Assembly (NCBI GenBank): GCA_036677365.1 | Contig: JAVBWN010000025.1 | Coordinates: 1-64,000, forward strand | Origin: Acholeplasma sp. | GTDB lineage: Bacteria > Bacillota_I > Bacilli_A > Acholeplasmatales > UBA5453 | DNA length: 64,000 bases | Direction of reading: 5' to 3' | Shown here: in pieces, positions 51,123 to 59,222 of the stretch | Numbering within the stretch: the first letter of the stretch is position 1 | How the letters are laid out: the number at the start of each line of letters is the position of its first letter | Made by a program: the position numbers and the translations under genes | Notes under the pieces: model-generated | Told to the model about the DNA's origin: nothing | The model's database searches: none | The model's input: the letters and a program-made list of their open reading frames with translations, nothing else

Positions 51123-52310
51123 ATGAAGCAAAGATTAGTAATATGAATTTTTACAGATGTATTTTTTCCAATGATTGATGGAGTGGTCAATGTCGTTGAT
51201 AACTATGCAAAAAAGCTATCTTTGACCGCAGATGTCTATGTTTTTTCACCTAATTATGGAGAAATAGAGAACATTGATAAATTTGCATATAAGGTTATAC
51301 GGACAAAGTCTATAAAATTGCCACTGATGGATTACAGGCTTTCGTTTCCAAGTTTTGATACTTTTTTTGAAAAGAGCATGAAAGCAATAAAATTTGATAT
51401 CATACATATTCACAGTCCATTTTCAGTAGGTAATTATGGGATTAATTATGCAAAAAGGCATAATATTCCACTTATCGCAACATTGCACAGTCAGTATAAA
51501 AAAGATTTCTACGAGCGTAGTAAAAATGCATTTATCAGTGAACTCGCAATCGGTGAATTGATGAGGAGATTAAACAGATGCGATCGACTCATTGCAGTAA
51601 ACGATGAAATTGCAAGAGTATTTTACGAGTATGGTGCGAAAAGTCTTCCTATAGTCATCCGCAATGGGACTGACTTATTGCCCTTGGAAGATGAACAGAT
51701 GGCTAATGATTTGAGAAAGATGCATCACATTCAGCATGAGGATAAAGTGCTTTTATATGTTGGCCGCTTAGACAAAATCAAAAATGTAGATTTTTTAATC
51801 GATTCTTTGACGATTCTTAAGAAAAGAGAGTTCAAATTTAAAATGATCTTTGTTGGATCTGGAATACATGAAGGTTTTATGAAGAAAAGAGTCACTTTAA
51901 ATAATCTTAATGAGAACACAATATTTACAGGTCGTATTAAAGATCGAATTGAATTATCATCTTACTACAAAGTAGCAGACCTTTTCTTATTGCCATCATT
52001 ATATGATGCTTCATCATTGGTTCAGGTTGAAGCAGCTAGTCAGCATACACCTACCTTATTTATAGAAAAAGCAGTAACAGCTAGCACTATTTGTGATGGA
52101 GTAAATGGATACCTCTCAAGCAATGCACCTGAAATGTATGCAGAAAAAATAATTGACATATTTAGTAAAGCTATATCACACAGGGAAATATGTAATAATG
52201 CTTACAGAGATCTATATCTATCGTGGAATCAAATCGTCAATGAATTATACAAAAACTACATTGATTTGATATCAGAAAAGTTAAATACAGTTAAAATGCA
52301 TAAAGACTGA
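51123..52310 (+). pseudogene. GT4 glycosyltransferase (diacylglycerol glucosyltransferase-like) with an in-frame TGA at codon 8
   Basis: AGGTGA RBS, ATG 51123, MKQRLVI*IFTDVFFPMIDGVV in frame with ORF 51171; HIHSPF, TLHSQY, YVGRL..IKN motifs. Confidence 0.7.
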
Positions 52311-52393
52311 TAACTGCTTATCTACACATAGCAATCTAAACACTGGTAATGAAAGTTCCGAAATACACAATGCTTGACATTCTTGTCAATAAA

Positions 52394-52433
52394 AGCCATC
52401 AGATGACCTTCATAGGTTTCGATGGCTTTTTTT
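52394..52433. repeat. Duplicated terminator/end motif, copy B (bidirectional terminator for GT4 and the recombinase)
   Basis: agccatcagatgaccttcataggt-tt-cgatggcttttttt. Confidence 0.9.
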
Positions 52434-52484
52434 CGATGAGTCAGATTTTATTCATCTTCGCAACATATTTTGCTTCAAAAAAAA

Positions 52485-54203
52485 TTAGATAATAACGACT
52501 TTGTAATTCATAATTTTACCGTACTTTTCGTTATGATAAGTACCTGTTGCTAAAGGTTTTAGTGCTTCAAAAGTATGTCTATTTTCTGAGAATTCTTTAT
52601 CGGTATAATTCTTGGTTCCTGCTACACAGAAGACAATGTTTTCAGGTGTCACTGAGATGATCTTGTAAATGAATGAACGTAATGTATCACTATCAACTTC
52701 CTGGATTGGTTCTAGTAAATTGTTGAGTGTGGTTTCTATCTTTGCAAGTCTTGATCGCGTATCGTAGTTCGTTAAGTACTCACCTTCAAGTTTTCTGATC
52801 TCGGTTTTGTTATTGTGAAGCTGCAAGGTCAGTGATTGGTATTTGCTGTTGAAATCCTCCTGGGAAAGATTAGGATTCTTCACTTGAACATCAATTAGGT
52901 TTGATATCATTCTTTCAAGCTCATCGCCTTGTGTTTGAAGCTTTTGAATCTTGATTTCAACATCGCTAACTCGAATGGTCGACTTGATGATTTTCTGTAT
53001 GTTTGGGATGATATCCTTTTCCTGTAAAAACACCTCGTTGAGCATTTTCACAGTCGCACCTTCAATCATCTCTTGGTAAGTAGCTTTAGCCTTACAGTGG
53101 GCTTTACCGTCGATGTAACCACCACATTGTTGCATAACTCTTTGAGCTGGTGTACCGTAATTCCAATAGCGTCTTTTCAAGGTTCGTCCACATTCAGAAC
53201 AAACGATAAATGCTGAGAATGGATAAGTGACATTGTACTTGGCTAGGTTCTTATCCTTTCCAACTTTTACCTTGCTACGATCCTCTCTGATCCTTTGTGC
53301 GAGGAGGAATGTTTCTCTATCGATTATTGCCTCGTGTGCATTCTCGGTATGATACATTGGAGCGAGTTCTTTATTCTTTACTTTCTTATGTGAAAGGTAA
53401 TCAACTGTCAGTGTTTTCTGCTGAACCAAATCGCCGATGTATTTTTCGTTCTTTAGGATAACTGCAACGGTGGACATACTCCACTTGGATGCACCAGCAC
53501 CCGTGGTTGCTCCTATGGATTCCATGTGTTTTGCAATCTTCATCGGTCCGATACCACTCACATACATTTGGAATATCTCACGGACGATTTTAGCTTCTTC
53601 AGGAACAACGATTAAGTTGCCACTTCGTTTGTCTTTGGTATAACCTAAGAACCTGTTGTGATTCACAATTGGAACGCTATTGTTGAAGCGCTTTTGAACA
53701 TTCCATTTGACGTTCTCGCTCACGTTTCTAGCTTCCTCTTGGGCGATGGATGACATGATGGTTAATAAGAAGTCCACCTTTGGGTCTGAGGAGTAGATGT
53801 TTTCTTTTTCAAAGAAGATCTCAACATTGATTGCTCGCATCTCTCTGATGTAGTTTAAGCAATCAACTGTGTTTCTAGCGAATCGTGAGATTGACTTCGT
53901 CATGATCAAATCGATTTCACCACGCTTTGCAGCATCCATCATATTATTGAACTGTTTTCTGTGCTTGGTGGAAGTTCCGCTGATGCCCTCGTCTGCATAG
54001 ATACCACAGAATGTCCATTCAGGGTTATTTTGAATCCTTTCGGTGTATTCGTCGGTTTGAGCGATGTAACTCGTTTTCTGTTCCTCATTATCGGTGGACA
54101 CTCGAACGTAGGCACACACACGTTTTTTGAGGTTCTTGGGTATGGTTCCTGATAAATCGAACACAGGTTTTGGTTGTATGACTCTGACTTGTTTGTTTTG
54201 CAT
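52485..54203 (-). CDS. Large serine recombinase (integrase)
   Basis: AYVRVST catalytic Ser, YADEGISGT, KSISRFARN, recombinase domain, CSECG Zn ribbon, coiled coil. Confidence 0.95.
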   Translation of the reverse strand: MQNKQVRVIQPKPVFDLSGTIPKNLKKRVCAYVRVSTDNEEQKTSYIAQTDEYTERIQNNPEWTFCGIYADEGISGTSTKHRKQFNNMMDAAKRGEIDLIMTKSISRFARNTVDCLNYIREMRAINVEIFFEKENIYSSDPKVDFLLTIMSSIAQEEARNVSENVKWNVQKRFNNSVPIVNHNRFLGYTKDKRSGNLIVVPEEAKIVREIFQMYVSGIGPMKIAKHMESIGATTGAGASKWSMSTVAVILKNEKYIGDLVQQKTLTVDYLSHKKVKNKELAPMYHTENAHEAIIDRETFLLAQRIREDRSKVKVGKDKNLAKYNVTYPFSAFIVCSECGRTLKRRYWNYGTPAQRVMQQCGGYIDGKAHCKAKATYQEMIEGATVKMLNEVFLQEKDIIPNIQKIIKSTIRVSDVEIKIQKLQTQGDELERMISNLIDVQVKNPNLSQEDFNSKYQSLTLQLHNNKTEIRKLEGEYLTNYDTRSRLAKIETTLNNLLEPIQEVDSDTLRSFIYKIISVTPENIVFCVAGTKNYTDKEFSENRHTFEALKPLATGTYHNEKYGKIMNYKVVII

Positions 54204-54259
54204 TATTTTTCCTCCTTGGTTAGTACATATACATCACTCTAAAAGCAATGAATAGCAAG

Positions 54260-54442
54260 TCAATTCTCAACTATTTCATTGCTTTCTGATGTAATAAAGG
54301 TTATGTTGTATTGTTGTTTCAATCTGGACAGGATTTCTTTGTATTCACTTTCAGTGAGAAGCTTTTCCATATAAAGGTTAAAAGCTATCCTAACTGAGTA
54401 ATTGTATTTCATTTGATCGGTAACGATCGTAGCCTTATTCAT
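54260..54442 (-). CDS. Small SHOCT-like protein upstream of the recombinase
   Basis: 60 aa, L..EKLLTESEY..I pattern; RBS AAAGGA; usual position before Bacillota serine recombinases. Confidence 0.65.
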   Translation of the reverse strand: MNKATIVTDQMKYNYSVRIAFNLYMEKLLTESEYKEILSRLKQQYNITFITSESNEIVEN

Positions 54443-54462
54443 TGGTATCCTTTCTAAAGGAT

Positions 54463-54602
54463 AAAAAGAAAAAAAGGAATTGCCATAGCAATCCCTAGGG
54501 AAAGTGCGTGCCTTATGAGCACTGAGTTTGTGACGCTGCCTAACCTACCAACAGTAGTTTATCACTAACTAAAATTTAAAACTACATGCCAGTGGCACAA
54601 AC
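54463..54602 (-). ncRNA. Candidate structured antisense RNA in the repressor 3' trailer
   Basis: Stems 54526-38/54590-602, 54554-60/54579-85, 54503-07/54519-23; minus-strand terminator GGGAUUGC-UAUG-GCAAUUCC-U7; complementary to 55938-55998. Confidence 0.55.
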
Positions 54603-54614
54603 GTATTGTAAGGT

Positions 54615-55211
54615 TTATAAGAAGTTAGGAATTTGAAAATTCTTTGAAATTGTACCTGCATGAATACCATGTATAATAAGGTTTTCTGACTGTGCTTTTG
54701 TAAAGTTAAACATTTCATCAAGAATAAAGAAACAACCTCCGCCATCTATGTTGTAAAATATCTTAGAGACATAATGCCGGTTATAGTAGGAAAAGAGCAT
54801 CACTTGATTCTTGTGATAGGTTTGAGTGCGCCAGAAGAAGTCAATTCTATGCTCGCTATATCTCACCAGGATGACATCATCGTTCTCTGCATTGATATTA
54901 TAAGGCAGGACTTGCTTGAGTTCATTATCTACCATCTCGTAGGTCCTAAATGCAAGCGTGTGACTAATCCTGTTCGAGAATGGATTACCGGTTATGTGAT
55001 CAATCGAAACACCATAGAACTGTGATAGCTTAATTAAATCGTGTATTCCAATCTCCCTGGAGCCATTCTCGTAATTGAGATAGCCTTGGCGGGATTTTTT
55101 TATGACGCTAGCTACCTGGGTTGTTGATAAGTTGTGTGAGACACGTAAACGCTTCAAATTCTCACAGATGAACAAATTATTAAAATCATCTTCGGTGTTT
55201 AATTTAACCAT
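54615..55211 (-). CDS. XRE-family (CI-like) repressor
   Basis: ENLKRLR...TTQVA...SRQGYLNYENGSRE HTH; ATG after GAGGTGA; divergent from the Cro-like gene. Confidence 0.85.
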   Translation of the reverse strand: MVKLNTEDDFNNLFICENLKRLRVSHNLSTTQVASVIKKSRQGYLNYENGSREIGIHDLIKLSQFYGVSIDHITGNPFSNRISHTLAFRTYEMVDNELKQVLPYNINAENDDVILVRYSEHRIDFFWRTQTYHKNQVMLFSYYNRHYVSKIFYNIDGGGCFFILDEMFNFTKAQSENLIIHGIHAGTISKNFQIPNFL

Positions 55212-55446
55212 GGAGGTCACCTCTTCACATTCGTATATTTTCGCAAGAATGATACCACAACAAATGTTTACAAGTCAATGTTACTGATGACATTAACTAT
55301 CAATTTAATCGTAAAAATGAGGGTTTTCTGCTATTTGAAAACTCTTTTTGTTGCTGTTGTGATTTCGCTTCTCCAAGTTATTTTTTGACGGATTGCTTTC
55401 TCATATAATCAAGGCACCATCGAAATTGACGAAAGGAGGAAAGCAC

Positions 55447-55740
55447 ATGCCTGTCAACGGAACAGGGAAGGTTCAAAATCGCGACCATGCCACACCACTA
55501 CCAAGGTTTTATCTGATCGAACACAGAAACAATCTGGGTTTATCGGTTGAAGAAGTATCAAGGATGTTAAATCTCTCGCACTATTACTATTACCAAATAG
55601 AAAGTGGTCGAAGGGGTCAAAAACTACCGATTCCACTCGTGTTAGAACTTATAAATGTTCTACAGATCGATGCGATCAAATTTCTAGAACTAGAAAGTGA
55701 ACATGTAAAGAAACATAACGAATTCAATCGGATGAAGTAA
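55447..55740 (+). CDS. Cro-like HTH protein
   Basis: LIEHR..LGLSVEEVS..LNLS..YYYQIESGRR; RBS AAAGGAGG. Confidence 0.8.
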   Translation: MPVNGTGKVQNRDHATPLPRFYLIEHRNNLGLSVEEVSRMLNLSHYYYYQIESGRRGQKLPIPLVLELINVLQIDAIKFLELESEHVKKHNEFNRMK

Positions 55741-55806
55741 AAAAAGACGCCAAGCTTGTATTTGGGGTACAAACCTGGCCAGTAGAAAAGCGACCGCCAT
55801 TCTACA
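55739..55806 (-). ncRNA. Candidate ~70-nt counter-transcribed RNA
   Basis: Minus-strand TTGTTA-16-TATAAT (55840-55813), two hairpins that pair better on the minus strand, U7 end. Confidence 0.6.
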
Positions 55807-55858
55807 ATTCCGATTATACAACTCATTTCAAAAATAACAAACCATTGAAAGGATAAAA

Positions 55859-56779
55859 ATGGACGACAAGGGCTTTTTTCGAGAGATTATCGATATTTAT
55901 ATCCAAAGATTCGATATCAAAGAAAACACCAAGCGTTCCTACGGGAAGATGCTTGCCCAGTTCGCTGAGTTCGTTGATGGCTTGCCTAACCTACCAACCA
56001 GGCAAGATGTCATGGCTTATCGTGAACAACTAAAGTCCAGGCTAAGAGCTGCATCCGTTCAAAAACACATTGTAGTCATAAGGGGATTTTATCGATGGTA
56101 CTACATTGAAGGATTTGGACCCAATGCAGCTGAAGGTGTAAAAGGTATGAAGATTGAATCCGACTTTAAGAGAGAATCATTATCTCTTGAAGCGGCTATT
56201 AAACTATTAAACAGAGCTAAACGCTATGCGAGTAAGAGCATCATTGGAAAAAGAGATCATGCTCTGATCGCACTATTATTAACAACCGGATTAAGAACGA
56301 TTGAAGTGGAAAGAGCAGATGTGGATGATATCAGCTTCGTGGATGAAACCAAGGTGTTATACATCATGGGTAAAGGTCACGATGAGAAGGATGCGTATGT
56401 CAAACTCTCTCCAGAAGTGTATGGCTTGATTGAAGAATATTTGATCGAGCGACAAGATGAATATAAACCACTCTTCATTAATCATACGAAACCCTATCAG
56501 GGAACAAGACTAAGAACACGAATGATTAGTATGGTGGTTAAAGAAATGCTCAGAGATATCGGGATCGATGATCCCAAGTATTCTGCCCATAGCCTTAGGC
56601 ATACAGCAGCTTCTTTAGCGCTGGACTTGGGTGGAGATTTAGATGCAGCACAGCAATTAATGCGCCATAAAGACATATCTACCACGAAGATTTATGCTCA
56701 CCGATTGAGCAAAGCTAAGAATCATCTTGAGTGGCAGATAAGCACAGCGCTATTCCAAACTACCAAAAAGAAAAAGTGA
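55859..56779 (+). CDS. Tyrosine recombinase (XerC/D-like)
   Basis: GLR, GKG, HSLRH, MRH, TKIY: complete R-K-H-R-H-Y catalytic set; SAM-like N-domain. Confidence 0.93.
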   Translation: MDDKGFFREIIDIYIQRFDIKENTKRSYGKMLAQFAEFVDGLPNLPTRQDVMAYREQLKSRLRAASVQKHIVVIRGFYRWYYIEGFGPNAAEGVKGMKIESDFKRESLSLEAAIKLLNRAKRYASKSIIGKRDHALIALLLTTGLRTIEVERADVDDISFVDETKVLYIMGKGHDEKDAYVKLSPEVYGLIEEYLIERQDEYKPLFINHTKPYQGTRLRTRMISMVVKEMLRDIGIDDPKYSAHSLRHTAASLALDLGGDLDAAQQLMRHKDISTTKIYAHRLSKAKNHLEWQISTALFQTTKKKK

Positions 56780-56790
56780 AGGGAAAACCT

Positions 56791-57534
56791 ATGATTAGAG
56801 AGTTTGAACACAATGCCTATGGCAAAGTTCGTGCCACGATAGTGGATGACGAACCTTGCTTCAACCTGAAGGATCTCTGTCGCATGTTTGAGATTAAAAG
56901 CGTATCAGAAGTCCGGACCAAACTGAACGACACCAGTATTAAGCTTGTGAGCGTTCCCCACGATAAAACACATCAAAATATGTTCTTTGTTACCGCAGAC
57001 CACCTATCTACCATATTCTTCCAATCCAAGCGCAAAGACGCAGAAGTGATTGGTGATTGGTTGTATCGAACTGTATTACCTCAGCTCATCCGTTATGGCA
57101 TCTATCAGATAGAGGATTTTGAGAATCCAGATAAGGTAATCGAGTTCCTGGATGAGTTTCAAGAATTGAAAGTAAGAGCAAACGTCCTAGAGACCACACT
57201 CAAAATGAATACTCCAAAGATTAAAGCTATTGATAACTTATTAGGCACGACGAGTTGTGTGGATCTAGATATGGTTCATGAAGTGATTCGCTTCAAAAAT
57301 ATCGGTCGTGACGTCCTACTAAAGATTCTAAGAACTGCACATGTTTTAGATGAGCAGAACATACCGTTTCAAGACTTTTGTGATAAGAAGTATTTCAGAG
57401 TTGTTGAAGCGAAAGTGGTATCGGGTGGAACTGTTATCAAGTCAACCAAAACATACGTCTATAAAGGCGGAATTACATTCATCGAAAGGATCCTAAAAGA
57501 ATACGATGGAAACAAACAACGGAAAGAAAAATGA
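56791..57534 (+). CDS. Phage antirepressor (BRO-N plus KilA-C/ANT-like domain)
   Basis: FE...YGKVR...DDEP.F..KDLC, W...TVLP..IR.G.Y BRO-N; C-terminal GR..L..ILR...N.P.Q...YF.V. Confidence 0.85.
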   Translation: MIREFEHNAYGKVRATIVDDEPCFNLKDLCRMFEIKSVSEVRTKLNDTSIKLVSVPHDKTHQNMFFVTADHLSTIFFQSKRKDAEVIGDWLYRTVLPQLIRYGIYQIEDFENPDKVIEFLDEFQELKVRANVLETTLKMNTPKIKAIDNLLGTTSCVDLDMVHEVIRFKNIGRDVLLKILRTAHVLDEQNIPFQDFCDKKYFRVVEAKVVSGGTVIKSTKTYVYKGGITFIERILKEYDGNKQRKEK

Positions 57535-57697
57535 GAATGTCTATAACATCAATGAGCTTCAAGAGATACTCCAAGTCAAAAGACCGACACTTTTAAAGTA
57601 TATCAAGACTAAGAAAATCAAAGCTTTCAAGGTTGGGAACCAATGGCGAGTCACTCAAGAACACTTAGATGAATTCATTCAAAGAAACATGAAGTAG
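57506..57697 (+). CDS. Excisionase-like HTH_17 protein
   Basis: YNINEL.EILQV...TL..YIK..KIKAFKVG.QWRV. Confidence 0.85.
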   Translation: METNNGKKNENVYNINELQEILQVKRPTLLKYIKTKKIKAFKVGNQWRVTQEHLDEFIQRNMK

Positions 57698-57708
57698 AGA
57701 CAACTGTT

Positions 57709-57845
57709 AGCTGCTTCACACTTACCGATAATGCTTGTGAACAGTAATGTGAACTACACAACAAGTTACTGCGAACAATGTATCAAGTATGCGTGAAGTG
57801 GCTTTCAAGTGTCATTTAGTAAAAGCCCTTATTGGGCGATTTTTA
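57709..57845 (+). other. Long stem-loop plus terminator-like hairpin upstream of the replication gene
   Basis: agctgcttcac/gtgaagtggct outer stem with inner stems; gccc-ttatt-gggc followed by T-run. Confidence 0.55.
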
Positions 57846-57871
57846 ACTATACCTAGGGAAAGGAATAACTC

Positions 57872-58795
57872 ATGGCACGACCATTCAAACAAGGCTTACA
57901 ATACTTTCCTCTCGACGTGAATATTTTTGAAGATGAAAAGATACAGGATCTTAATCTCGCTTTTGGTTATTTAGGTGAAATCATCTATATTAGATTGCTC
58001 TCGATGATATACGCTAATGGATATTATTTGGAAAAATCAATCGCTTCACTCGCAAGAACGCTCATGAAAAGCATCGGAGCGAACTGGACACCAAACCCAA
58101 TCGACATCGAAGAGGTCATTGTCTATTGTGGGAAAGTGGGTTTATTTAACTTCGATCTGCTTAAAGAAGATGTGATCACATCAAAATCAATTCAAAAACA
58201 GTTCATTTTATCTACCAGAAGAAGAAAGAATAACGGTCAGGATAAATACTGGTTACTGGATGAAAAAACGATGTTGGAACTCAGTATTTTTAACAAAACA
58301 TCGAAAAACATTAATGTAGACAATAATGGGGTTATTGATAACACTAATAGCGTTATTGGTAGCAATAATCATGTTAATGTAGACAATAATCGAGTTAATG
58401 TCGACAAAAGTACACAAAAGGAAAAAGAAAAGAAAAAAGAAAGAAAAATTGATAAAGAGGATAAAGAAGATAAAGGGCCGTACGGCCTCCCTAAATTACA
58501 TTTTATTACCAATTCTTTAATCAAAAACAAATACATCGATGAGTCATCACTAGATATCATCAAATTTAACATCTTGTTTGAAGATTTAATCCATGGGTAT
58601 GGTTTCGAAGATGTCTTATCAGCTGTAGACTATGTGGTTAAGTATTCTAAAAACCCTAATCCACCAATTGAGGATAAGTTCGCTTTCATGAGAGAGTCAG
58701 TTCAAACAAATTTGAAGCAATTTGAATACAGGAGGAAAACAGCTAATGAGTCATTCGAATCGTGGATTAAACGAACCCTTTTACAAGTGGATTGA
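57872..58795 (+). CDS. DUF4373 (Lin1244-like) phage replication initiator
   Basis: MARP.KQGL.YFPLDV..F.D.KI..L...FG..G N-domain, ITSKSIQK; low-complexity linker. Confidence 0.8.
   Translation: MARPFKQGLQYFPLDVNIFEDEKIQDLNLAFGYLGEIIYIRLLSMIYANGYYLEKSIASLARTLMKSIGANWTPNPIDIEEVIVYCGKVGLFNFDLLKEDVITSKSIQKQFILSTRRRKNNGQDKYWLLDEKTMLELSIFNKTSKNINVDNNGVIDNTNSVIGSNNHVNVDNNRVNVDKSTQKEKEKKKERKIDKEDKEDKGPYGLPKLHFITNSLIKNKYIDESSLDIIKFNILFEDLIHGYGFEDVLSAVDYVVKYSKNPNPPIEDKFAFMRESVQTNLKQFEYRRKTANESFESWIKRTLLQVD
58310..58414 (+). repeat. Five tandem 21-bp iteron-like repeats inside the initiator gene
   Basis: attaatgtagacaataatggg / gttattgataacactaatagc / gttattggtagcaataatcat / gttaatgtagacaataatcga / gttaatgtcgacaaaagtaca. 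Confidence 0.8.
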
Positions 58796-59177
58796 TGATG
58801 TAAGAAGGGCAATGAGAAAAGAAAAAGAACTCCAGGAAAAACTAGAATTCTATAATATGAAGCTTATTGGGTACAAGGGAGTATCTTATGATTTTATTGG
58901 ATCTTCTGGTTCACGTTCATCTGGTGATAGTGAATTGTTGTTTTGGTTGGATAAGATAGTAATAATAGAAAATCAAATAAGACAAGCTAATCAAAAACTA
59001 TCGGAGTATAAACTGGTAATTAAGAAACTAAATGATATTCAGAAAACTGTTCTAGAATCCATCATCAACAATCAATGGATAGAGAAGATAAAGATTGAAA
59101 TAAAACAAAGTAGAAGTCGAGTTTATCAAATAATAGATGAAATTGTAATAAGTTGGAAAAACCAAAATAATCAGTAA
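58746..59177 (+). CDS. RinA/ArpU-like phage transcriptional regulator
   Basis: Helical protein with C-terminal W..I...I..SRSRVY.I HTH; position after the replication gene; RBS AGGAGG. Confidence 0.5.
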   Translation: MSHSNRGLNEPFYKWIDDVRRAMRKEKELQEKLEFYNMKLIGYKGVSYDFIGSSGSRSSGDSELLFWLDKIVIIENQIRQANQKLSEYKLVIKKLNDIQKTVLESIINNQWIEKIKIEIKQSRSRVYQIIDEIVISWKNQNNQ

Positions 59178-59222
59178 ATCTCATGCCAGTATCCACGCAA
59201 ATACTGAAGAGGAGATTTATGA

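Noticed and set aside
51144..51146. TGA recoding (code 4 or code 25) for the genome
   Set aside because: Many genes in both host and island terminate at TGA at their expected C-termini
52322..52355. Degenerate copy of the rlmD 3' end (ctacacat..tcta..cac) as an att site
   Set aside because: Similarity to 44825-44846 is short and gapped; not distinguishable from chance by eye
54463..54602. Structured trailer as a known riboswitch, tracrRNA or bridge RNA
   Set aside because: I could not match conserved riboswitch cores, and there is no Cas9, TnpB or IS110 gene nearby; kept only as an antisense candidate
54494..55998. Diverged repeat pair as a DGR template/variable repeat
   Set aside because: Differences are not adenine-specific, include indels, lie at the 5' end of the gene, and no reverse transcriptase is in the window
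58310..58414. Tandem repeats as a CRISPR array
   Set aside because: No spacers, in-frame within a CDS, no cas genes; better explained as iterons
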